DNA of 43,539 bases from Albugo candida (Eukaryota), in assembly GCA_040437565.1 (NCBI GenBank), contig JBDOQK010000038.1, forward strand, positions 310,001 to 353,539, in the 5' to 3' direction. The number at the start of each line of letters is the position of its first letter. Position 1 is the first letter of the stretch. Made by a program: the position numbers and the translations under genes. Shown here piece by piece: positions 12,244 through 22,560 of this stretch. The notes below the pieces were generated by a model. That model made no database searches. It had not been told where the DNA came from and saw only the letters and a list, made by a program, of their open reading frames with translations.

Positions 12244-12873
12244 ATGAAGATATCTATCATCATTTACATGCTTCAACAAGCGATTGGTGTTTTTGGAAAT
12301 AACCCCGGATGTGAGTTTACTGGCAGGATGGAATGTAGCTGGAAAGAAATGGATGGTTATAAGCACAAGTTCATGATCAAATATATTGATTCTAAACGTG
12401 TTGTTTACTGTGATAAAGAACCAAACTCAAATAAGATAACAATTGATATTTGGCCTCTGAGCGGTTGTGATTACGCAGTTACTTTCAAGAAGGACTTTGT
12501 GTCTTTTAGTGATGAACGACAACAGGAGAACAAAGCCGAAGCCAGTACATTCAATTTAACTAATTACGCCACAATTGTGTCTCGCCTTGGTAAAGATTTC
12601 GGGCCTCACCAAATTAGTTTCGACTTGAACGAAAACGCAAATTTGGAGGTATCAAAAACTGTTTTTAATTATCTCGAAAAAAACCTACTACATCAACTTT
12701 GCATAAAAGTACATGAACGCAAGTTTTGTCCCAATTTGCAGGAAGAAATGGACATCGCGGTGTGCGTGGCAGAAGACGATTCATTCGTATTAAATATTGG
12801 AGCTATGATTCAATATAACGTACGCTTTGTGAACACACATGAAAATGGACTTTTGTTCCAATTTAGGCCTTAA
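12244..12873 (+). CDS. Secreted Cys-rich candidate effector, paralog A (209 aa)
   Basis: Intronless ORF, signal-peptide-like MKISIIIYMLQQAIGVFG, 7 Cys, intact paralog at 15627. Confidence 0.8.
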   Translation: MKISIIIYMLQQAIGVFGNNPGCEFTGRMECSWKEMDGYKHKFMIKYIDSKRVVYCDKEPNSNKITIDIWPLSGCDYAVTFKKDFVSFSDERQQENKAEASTFNLTNYATIVSRLGKDFGPHQISFDLNENANLEVSKTVFNYLEKNLLHQLCIKVHERKFCPNLQEEMDIAVCVAEDDSFVLNIGAMIQYNVRFVNTHENGLLFQFRP

Positions 12874-13354
12874 GCAGAGCAATAATAAGTTCGGGTTTCT
12901 ATTTGCGAGTTATTGACTTCTGCTCCTTTCAAGCAACAGTATCTTATTTCAGGTGGAAGTTTCTCCCCTACAAATTATGATGATTTGTCCTCTATTTGTT
13001 TTTTGGATATGTAGACCATGCTAGTTGAGACATGAACACAAAAACCGCTTCTTCTCAACTAAAGTCGTTGCGAGCACTCGACCAAGTTTAAATACCTGAT
13101 TACGAGTCTGAGTGGTAATGAGTCCTAGACTCATCAAACCGACTACATCTGATACAATACTTATCAAAACTTATTCATGAACCATGGTAATCAGATGTTC
13201 CATTGCATCATACGAAATGCTGCACGGAGTGGTAGGCGACCAAGTAGAAGATGCNNNNNNNNNNNNNNNNNNNNNNNNNNNNNNNNNNNNNNNNNNNNNN
13301 NNNNNNNNNNNNNNNNNNNNNNNNNNNNNNNNNNNNNNNNNNNNNNNNNNNNNN

Positions 13355-13515
13355 ACTCAACTGTCTTCAACCGCACCAAGTTCACTATTTGTGACTTTTC
13401 AAGCCACATCTGCATGTATTGCATGTTATTTATTGTAGTTTAGGCATTTAGAGAAGTCATTTACGTCTAATTCTAGTAATATAGACAACTTCAACTGAGC
13501 TGGGTACGGACCCCC
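13355..13515 (-). mobile_element. Short repeat 'A' abutting the SINE-head 21-mer GGGGTCCGTACCCAGCTCAGT (partial, gap-bounded)
   Basis: Reverse complement matches 16873-16944 over ~70 bp. Confidence 0.6.
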
Positions 13516-15311
13516 AATAGTACCAGTGGAATCGTCTGCTTCTATCGTTCCAGTAACAAATTCTGACACATTGAACCGTCCATCTAAAAGATATCGTATC
13601 GAATACTAACAAAAGAATGCGGCAATAGAATCTCCATCATCTTACCAAGATGCCCTGGATTCACCTCAATCGAAACTATGGTAACTGCAATCCAGGCGAT
13701 CTTCTAGCAAACTTGGACGGTCGAAACAAAGAAACCAGACATACAATAGGCGACCGGAACCAAATGGGTATTTACAAACAAACGAAATAAACATGGTTAG
13801 GTCGAGCGGTTTAAGGCAAGATTGGTGACACTCGGATATCGACAAACTTATGGTGCTGACTACACAGATACGTACTCTACAGTCGCGAATTTGAACTCAA
13901 TTAGTATTTTCCTGGCGATTTGCTGCCATCAAGTACTTACCATTCATCAGTATGATGCTGATACGGCCTTTCTTAACGGTTATCTGGAAGAAGATGTGTT
14001 CATCTATTCAACCCAAGTGTTAAAAGCAAGCCAAATCAGATTTTCAAGCTCAATCGAAGTCTATATGGACTTGAAGAAGCATCTGTGACTTGGTACAAGA
14101 CAATATCGAATGTATTCGCTCGGATGGGTTTTGCAAAGTGTCTATCAGCCTCATGTATGTTTGTACGCAAAGATTCCAAGTCATGGGTTATGCCACATTG
14201 TATGCCGATGACATGCTGATCGGAGCCAAAAACATTGACTCGATCAAGAAAGTTGCAAACGAACTTTCTAATCACTTCAGTCTAAAGATTCTAGGAAAGG
14301 TGCAATTTATCCTTGGCAATGAAGTGTAATACAAACAAGAGTTGCGACAAATGAAGATCAGTCAAGGAGCTTGCATACAAAGACTGGTCGAGAAGTCCAA
14401 CCAAGTCAACGCGAAACCAGTATATAATCCAAATGCTCCAGGGTTTTCTTAACGAATTCGAGAAAAAAAAGATTTGAGAATGGAAAAGCGCCCATATCGC
14501 TCACTTGTCGGCTCTCCTTCTGTACGTTGCAATGGTCACAAGGCCAGATATTGCTTTCGAGGTCGTCCAGATCAGTCGACACCTGGAACAACCAAGTGAA
14601 CAACACTGGAATGCAGCAATCCGTGTTTTGCGATACTTGAACTCAACCACAGCCAAAGGCATATGTTATGAGGCCAAGCCAGGAAATATCGAAGTCAGTG
14701 CTTACAGTGATGCGGATTGGGCAAGCGAGAAGGAGACAAGAACATCAACCTCCAGTATAATGGTGATGATAAACAACTCTCCAGTGATATTCAAATCAAA
14801 ACTGCAGCAGAGTGTGGCTCTCAGCACAGCCGAAGCTGAGTACACTGCTATCTCGTTATGCATACAGTAAGTCATGTGGGTCAAAAGTTTATTATCAGAA
14901 TTAAAGATGAGGATCGATGATTCAGTGGTTATCTAGCAAGCGTGCTTGTCAGCAAGCTACTCGCGATGCATCATCTGGCGCTGCTGCCAACTTATTCATG
15001 AAGACAACCGAAGTGCAATTGCAATTGCCAACAACGATGGATATCAAAGTCGAGCGAATTATATCGACATGCGGTACCATTTTGTCCGTGAACAAATAAA
15101 AGCCGAAAAGATCAAGCTCCAATACATTGACACCAAGTTTCAGCAAGCTGATTTTTTGACCAAGTCAGTGTCGACGAAGATATTTGAGCAGCTTCTGATT
15201 AAGTCCAACATCAAGAATTTATCGTCCAGGGGGGGTATTGACGCTGATGTCTCTCAACCAGTGTGGAACACATCAGTCTAATCAATCTGCAGCTATTGGA
15301 CAATAAAGTAG
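13516..15311 (+). mobile_element. Degenerate Ty1/Copia RT-RNase H with PPT and start of 3' LTR
   Basis: RFKARLVTLGYRQTYGADYTDTYS, QYDADTAFLNGYLEE, LYADDMLI, TRPDIAF, AYSDADWA, QQSVALSTAEAEY, IDMRYHFVRE, ADFLTK; PPT AGGGGGGG then TATTG at 15236; many stops and frameshifts. Confidence 0.93.
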
Positions 15312-15585
15312 TGGCTGTGAGCGTCTAGTACGAGAAGGCTTTGGCTAGCTAGTAAAGTGAACTAAGGACCTACTACATTTAATATATCTTACTTTCCAAA
15401 TTTTATCTTAAGTGCTCAAAACCATCCATTTGAGCACTTAAGATAAAATTTGGAGAGGAGTGCTCAAAACCAACCTTTTGAGCACTTCAGATAAAATTTG
15501 TAGAGGAAGTTAAATTAAATGTAGGAGGTCCTTAGTTCAATTTACTAGCTAGTCTGAGCCTTCTCGTACTAGACGCCCACAGCCA
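15312..15585. repeat. 274-bp imperfect foldback palindrome (MITE-like) with nested perfect 26-bp hairpin and internal ~48-bp duplication
   Basis: Ends TGGCTGTGAGCGTCTAGTACGAGAAGGCT... / ...AGCCTTCTCGTACTAGACGCCCACAGCCA; 15395-15420 is the exact reverse complement of 15429-15454. Confidence 0.9.
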
Positions 15586-15626
15586 TTTCCAAAGTTACCA
15601 TCGACCGTGCAACCGATTTCACCATT

Positions 15627-16268
15627 ATGAAGATATCTATCATCATTTACATGCTTCAACAAGCGATTGGTGTTTTTGGAAATAACCCCAGATGTGAGTT
15701 TACTGGCAGGATGAAATGTAGCTGGGAAGAAATTGATGGTTATAAGCATGAGTTCACGATCAAATATATTGATTCTAAACGTGTTGTTTACTGTGATAGA
15801 GAACCAAACTCAAAAGAGATGACAATTGGTTCATGGCCGTGGATCGGTTGTGAGTACGCAAATACTTTCAAGAAGGACTTTGTGTCTTTTAGTGATAAAC
15901 AACAAGAGGTGACCAAAGCCGAAGCCAGTACATGGGATTTAACTTACTTCGCCACAATTGTGTCTCGCCTTGGTGTAAATTTCGGGCCTCACGAAATTAG
16001 TTTCGACTTGAACGAAAACGCAGAATGCAAGGTATCAAGTAATGTTTTTAATTATCTCAAAGAAAACCTACTACATGATCTTTGCATAAAAGTACACGAA
16101 CGCGAGTTTTGTCCCATTTTTCAGGAAAAAATGGACATCAAGGTGTGCGTGGCAAAAGACGATTCATTTGTATTAAATATTGGAGCTATGATTCATTATA
16201 ACGCACGCTTTGTGAATACACGTGAAAGAGGTTTTCAGGTCCAATTTGGGCTTGAAGCAGAGCAATAA
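15627..16268 (+). CDS. Secreted Cys-rich candidate effector, paralog B (213 aa)
   Basis: Same signal peptide as paralog A; ~76% aa identity by manual alignment; all 7 Cys kept plus one extra. Confidence 0.8.
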   Translation: MKISIIIYMLQQAIGVFGNNPRCEFTGRMKCSWEEIDGYKHEFTIKYIDSKRVVYCDREPNSKEMTIGSWPWIGCEYANTFKKDFVSFSDKQQEVTKAEASTWDLTYFATIVSRLGVNFGPHEISFDLNENAECKVSSNVFNYLKENLLHDLCIKVHEREFCPIFQEKMDIKVCVAKDDSFVLNIGAMIHYNARFVNTRERGFQVQFGLEAEQ

Positions 16269-16851
16269 TAAGTTCGGGTTTATATTTGCGAGTTGTTGAC
16301 TTCTGCTCCTTTCAAGCACCAGTATCTCATTTCAGGGGGAAGTTTCTCTCCTACAAATTATGATGATTTGTCCTCTATTTGCTATTTGGATATGTAGACC
16401 ATGCTAGTTGAGACATGAACACAAAAACCGCTTTTTCTCAACTAAAGTCGTTGCGAGCACTCGAAAAAGTTCAAATACCTGATCACGAGTCTGTGTGGTA
16501 ATGAGTCCTAGACTCATCAAACCGACTACATCTGATACAATACTTATCAAAACTTATTCATGAACCATGGGAATCAGATGTTCCATTGCATCATACGAAA
16601 TGCTGCACGGAGTGGTAGGCGACCAAGTAGAAGATGCAATCTGAATTAGAAAAACATCATATGTTCTTTTGCAGCCTTCAAGGTTTCTACGCCCCTAGCA
16701 TGGTAATTTGTATAAGGCATATGTATACCCGGATTAAGGAGTCGATTCACTACTATCGCTGCCGTCCATAATGATGAAAGCCGTCAGTATTAATGCTTTC
16801 ATCGAGCTAACATTATGAAATAGAGCTTGATAGTGATCTAACTGAAGGACC

Positions 16852-16944
16852 AAAAAAAAAAAGAAAAAAAAAGGGGTCTCCGTACCCAGCTCAGTTGAAG
16901 GTGTCTATATTACTAGAATTAGACTAACTGACTTCTCTAGTTGC
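16852..16944 (+). mobile_element. Insertion: A-run + SINE-head 21-mer + repeat 'A' (partial, gap-bounded)
   Basis: Present after GGACCA in the 16572-16852 copy, absent from the second copy of the same flank (17045-17325). Confidence 0.6.
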
Positions 16945-18939
16945 NNNNNNNNNNNNNNNNNNNNNNNNNNNNNNNNNNNNNNNNNNNNNNNNNNNNNNNN
17001 NNNNNNNNNNNNNNNNNNNNNNNNNNNNNNNNNNNNNNNNNNNNAATCAGATGTTCCATTGCATCATACGAAATGCTGCACGGAGTGGTAGGCGACCAAG
17101 TAGAAGATGCAATCTGAATTAGAAAAACATCATATGTTCTTCTGCAGCCTTCAAGGTTTCTACGCCCCTAGCATGGTAATTTGTATAAGGCATATGTATA
17201 CCCGGATTAAGGAGTCGATTCACTACTATCGCTACCGTCCATAATGATGAATGCCGTCAGTATTAATGCTTTCATCGAGCTAACACTGTGAAATAGAGCT
17301 TGATAGTGATCTAACTCAAGGACCATGATAATGTGATCCCCATGTAATCCACCACTAAACAATTGAATTACCCTTGTATGCCCATCCTTCAGTATTGGCA
17401 CGAAGCCTCGAGACAAACATTTTCTTCGTCGTAACGCTACTTCATGAAAAGTATACACTCATTTCAGATCGCTCAATGGTAGCAATTAGACACATGAGAG
17501 CGATGAAACCTCTGTTGTGCCTAGAAAGGGTCCCAAAGTCAGTACATTCAGGCACTCCTTTAAACATAAACCGGGTATTCAGTATCATGGATAGCTGCGA
17601 AATTATACGTATGGGATGCAATTATGCTCGTCCTTGGCCTCGGACTAAGTCCAAAGGCGAAGCTTGTTTTTTTTGTATGCCGCGCAATCCTTCAAAGGCA
17701 CATAAGAGCAATCTTAGCTGCAGGAGGAAGCGGATCGAACGAAACAAAAGTAATTTATCGTGAAAACACCAAAGTACGCAATAATTACATGCATACTATC
17801 ACTACCATCTACTTGATCCTCAGGCGATCAGATCGCAGTTGGTAGCGCTGATGCGGCGATTGGAATCATTGATGTTTCGGATCCTGTGAAAGTGAATTAC
17901 ACATGATTCATTGACATATTATTGCGTTTCCAAGGCAATTTTGCGCTTCACGAAGGAGATTGAAATAACTTGTTGCGTCATTCGCCTGAAGTAGTTGGAA
18001 GATAGCTACTTCTTCGCCATTTTTCTTCGATTTTTCGACTACCGAATTCAATACGACATTTCACAAGCGGAATGGAAATACTTTGCGTTGCATGCGATAG
18101 AAATGATAGCCAATCAGTAGATTCAATGAGTCCATTGACATTGACATCAAACATACCAAACAGCGATCCAAAGTGATGACAACAACAGTCGATTTCCACG
18201 ATTTGTAAAGAGAACCGATAAAATGGGAGAGATAACGACAAATTAGCGTACCAGAGGGCTTTGAACCGGTGACGGGATGGACAGGGGAGCCTGAATCCAA
18301 TTGCATTTGAAGTGCCGCTGCGTCTCCTCAAACGATAACACCCGTGTCATAGAATCTAATGAATCACGATGACATACGCTTCGGGAAGTCCGTCAAATTG
18401 TTGCAGCAAATCTTTCGGATACACGCACTACCGTCCACAATGAGTTTAAAGTACTTCGTGGATTCCTGTGGAAGGCAGTCGTAACCCTGCAGCAGTCGTC
18501 TATTCTGAAATCGCCTGCATCGTTTGTACGGATCAATCCTCATGCAAGAAGGATCCTCTTTGAGTGACTCAATGGATCGAATTTGTGTAGTGACTCGAAG
18601 GCGTCCTGATAAGTTGTGAAAGGACTTGGAGAAGAGGGGCCTTCTGCTCGGGTTTGGAGGTTGAGCGTATCGAGCACGCTTGGATCGCTTCAACGAACAC
18701 TTTACCATAGTAAGGAGTTTGACACACATTGAACGACAATTCAATGAAAAAAGCAAAGAAGCATCATAAAAGCTTACCGTGTTCAAGCGCTTGAGCAGAA
18801 ATTGCCGTAACTGCTAAATTTGTCCATTTCCAAAACGTCATTTCCGCCTGAAAACGATCTCAATACGCGCAATTCAGCGCAAAGGGAGGTTTGAAATGCT
18901 TCACACGTTCTGGTTCCAGAACTACATCGTCAAATAATA

Positions 18940-19371
18940 ATGTTCAGACGCTTACACCCTTTCATCCTTCCTGTTTTGGTATTTTCGGTAGATCTTAAGC
19001 GAAGAATTGACGTGATGACAAGTTCAACGTTCAAGAATATCGAATATCATTTGGTGTTCAAGTTACCTCTCGAGTCTACAATCTGTTTTGGTGTAGTTCA
19101 GGGTTCTTTTGACAATGTAATAGCAGCGTATATGCCTGTAGACCCTACGGAGATTACCTGCAAATTGGTGAAGAATTATAAAGCGAAGCAGTTTGAGTAC
19201 CTTACACAGGATGGTCGATATGTCGCTCTGTTTGGTGTCGAGTCCACTGCTCCTTTTATTGGCAGTAGCGGAGCATGCATGAATTTATTTGATTGCGCTA
19301 GACCCAGTCTATGTATCAAAGGCAAGTGCTCCAATAACGCACCAGGCGTCGTCAGTGGATTCTTATCATAA
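18940..19371 (+). CDS. Putative secreted Cys-containing protein (possibly truncated or frameshifted)
   Basis: 143-codon ATG ORF with hydrophobic N-terminus (FILPVLVFS) and 6 Cys, in a gene-sparse context. Confidence 0.45.
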   Translation: MFRRLHPFILPVLVFSVDLKRRIDVMTSSTFKNIEYHLVFKLPLESTICFGVVQGSFDNVIAAYMPVDPTEITCKLVKNYKAKQFEYLTQDGRYVALFGVESTAPFIGSSGACMNLFDCARPSLCIKGKCSNNAPGVVSGFLS

Positions 19372-20959
19372 TTTTGAGATTGGAACTGTAGCTCGAAAAA
19401 GAAGAGTTGTTTACATTGTGCGCGGTCAAAACTACCAGCAAGAAATCGTGTTCTTTGACTGTCACTTTTCTTTGTTTCCTTTCTCTAGCATTCCGTGTTC
19501 GGCAGTAGCGGACGTGTGAACCGTGTCATCTGCAGCACTATGTACGACGAAGTGCTATCCGAAAAGACGCAACGTGAACATTGTATGAAGTCGCTGTTCG
19601 GATGATATTCAATGCTCATCCTCGCACGACCTATTTCGATATCGCTGTATATTAGAAGCGGTCGAACTCTTTTTATCTGTATTCTGACTCTTGTCTTGTG
19701 TTTATTTTATATTCAGAGGGCGGAAATCTCCACTTAAGTAACGTTTTGCGAAAGTTTCTCTGTTGGCATGTTAGTGGAATTCCAAAGTATGAATATCGGG
19801 TTGTTTGAACTTACTCTTGTTGCGCTGACTACTTACTAGGAAATAGACAATAGAGAATAGATACTGGAAAATGAAGAAAAACNNNNNNNNNNNNNNNNNN
19901 NNNNNNNNNNNNNNNNNNNNNNNNNNNNNNNNNNNNNNNNNNNNNNNNNNNNNNNNNNNNNNNNNNNNNNNNNNNNNNNNNNCTGGAAAATGAAGAAAAA
20001 CCTAAGGAATAAACACCAGACACTAAACACTGATATGAATGGAGACAAGATGAGCACGAACGAAATCGTACTGCTTGCCTATGAGTTATATTTGATATAT
20101 ACAACGACGCTGAAGTTCATGAATCATTCCACTATCCCCGCGTATTAAAGGACGCATTATTACGAGATCAAGCGAAATGTCTCAAGAACTGCTTAGCATG
20201 AAACGACTTCATTTTACGGAAGAATTGAAGTAGACAAGCAGTCTCACCGGCTATCCAGAGTAATCTAAAAATGACAATAATTTTGCTACTTTCTAAGAGA
20301 GGCGTTGGTATCTTGCGCTTTGAAGATTTCATGGCACCCCAATCCAATATGACAACTTGTAAGCTTTGAGAACGCGTTTCCTCCTAAAGCAATAGCGTGA
20401 TGGCCATCATATTGAAACGTCTGGATGGAAATCAAAGAATCATCAATGTTTTTCTTGTATCGTAGCAGGAAGTTGATGAAGCCCTTAGAATGCTCGATAT
20501 CGTTGTTTTACCGTCCGACAAGAAAAGTTAATTGGATCTCTTATTCGGCTTGCGGAATTTGCTATTGCCGGATTGGAGATAAAAGATGGAGCATAAGAGA
20601 CCAACTAATTCTAGTACGCCATTTGAAGCGTACGGATAATATTGCACGGTAATCAAAGATGAGAAGTCTTTAAAATGCCGAGATGCATTGCTCTAGTTTG
20701 ATTCTGTATAGGCTTTCACCATTAAAGCTTTTCGTTCACGCCAATGTAAATGACGGTATCACCATCTATACGTAAAGCATGTATCCGGTACATGAAATGC
20801 TTTTCAGAACAACACCAAATAATGCTCAAACTTTATCGAAATAAAATCCTTGGAGCTCGCGAGGAGCACTCGGCAACAGTTTGACCGATGATCGATATGG
20901 TTCATAAAATACCTACTGCTTAGTCGATCACGGGAAATCATGGGAACTTTTAGGTATGA

Positions 20960-22560
20960 ACAGATGACGTCACCAATCACAATGATCGGCGAATTTTAAC
21001 CGCATTACTTTCGTTACTGTGCTTATTTGTCTGTTTGCTTTGTGCGCAGGCCAAGTAGCTGATATGCCCAGTATTAGTCAGCTTGATATCAGCCTCAGAG
21101 TCATGTCCATCACCCTTCACGATTATAATAATCGCCTCATTTGGTGAACCAAGTCCACGAAACCCTTCAATCGAATTACCATCGTAAACTGAAGTGATCA
21201 AGACATCATTGATACGATCAACGTCCATGATGGATGCATCACCAGGTTGAAAGAACATAACACGCATTCCTTCACGGTATTCAAGAAAGCATCCCTTCTT
21301 TTTCATTATGTACGGAAAGAAATAATGTCACGCCGCCAATTAGATGCGTATTGAACATCGAGAAGTCGGATGGTCTGCGCAATATCAAGTGCCTTGACCT
21401 GGGTCATCACACTTCTTTTTTTTGTGGTCCTGAAAAGTCCCCCATAAGACGCTGCTGGTAAAAATTCGTTATGGCTGTCGCCTGCATCGTCCATCAGGCT
21501 TGATAATTGATAAAATGTCGTCCGAGCTACGGTTTGAAACCCAGTTGCTGGTTGACCGGATCGGTCTTCGCTAAATGTTAAAATGGAAGCTTCATCTTGT
21601 ATTTTCTTAGCTTTATTCGGGCAAACAGCCTTAAGTTGACCAGTTCTTTCAAAATGATATCATTATTTCGAGAATTGATCTTCAGAACATTTCTTGACCT
21701 TTTCAAACTTTCCTAGTTCGTTCGACGTCCACCGAAACGTGTGAATCGAATGGAGAGCTCTGTTCGATTGTGCAAATTGGACAAGCTCTTCCGCCTTTTG
21801 TACTAATGTAGATCTATTCCGGTCCAAACTGGACGATATCGTCGTGTATTCAAAAAAAGACTTTCCGTGCCTGCGCACTCATCACTCACAGATGTCAGAT
21901 ATAAAAAAGGTCCCTTGCGGCTACGCTACGATAACTTGGTCGCAATAAACAACATTAAGGTCTGGGCAGGTGTTATCTTGGTTTTGAAAGTCTGGAGCAA
22001 ACTGCAGCGCATGCTGCAATGTTTGACTCTCATATCACCACGTCTCTACCTGCCGACGATAATATTCATGGAAAAAACCTGCAAGGGGTTGACCTAGAAC
22101 ATCACCCTTGATGTCTACAAGCAACTCAAAAACGCAGAAACGCTCGGAGAAGGCAACTTGTCGCATATTATTTGCCCCATTTAATAAACCCACTATCAAG
22201 TACATGGTCTAGTTCTTTTACCTCGAAAGTTTGCAGTGTCAATACTTGTTGGCGACCATCCTTTACGCATTCGGGTGCCTGATTAGGTATGCGTATACCA
22301 AGTCCTGGTTGCTACCAACCTGGGCACATTCTTGCACATACACCCTGCCCATGAAGGCCAGGCTCAGTTCCCTGACCCATTCCATGGTTGCCATCGACCT
22401 TGGGCGATGGTTTAATTATATCAGCAGCATAAGCTGTTTTTGGGGCACCAAAGTAGGCAGCCGGAAAGACATGTGACGAACGTTTGTATGGTGGGAATGC
22501 TCAAAATTCTGGAGCTTCATACCTACCCCTGATCCCAAATCCGAACTAAGAGCGCTTGAA
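20960..22560 (-). mobile_element. Degenerate Ty1/Copia gag-protease-GAG-pre-integrase
   Basis: Across frameshifts: DSGFIKWGK, DIKGDVLGQPLAG..YYRRQVETW*YESQTLQHA, LLQTFKTKITPAQ, FLYLTSVSDEC, QKAEELVQFAQS (oomycete Copia gag); GQLKAVCP (knuckle remnant); TIRLLDVQYA..KKGCFLEY; GHISYLACAQSKQT. Confidence 0.8.

Larger units (their letters stand above)
12201..16637 (+). repeat. Direct segmental duplication 12201-13254 / 15584-16637 (gene plus ~380 bp 3' flank)
   Basis: Colinear sequence; 5' UTR and 3' flanks nearly identical, coding part more diverged. Confidence 0.9.
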
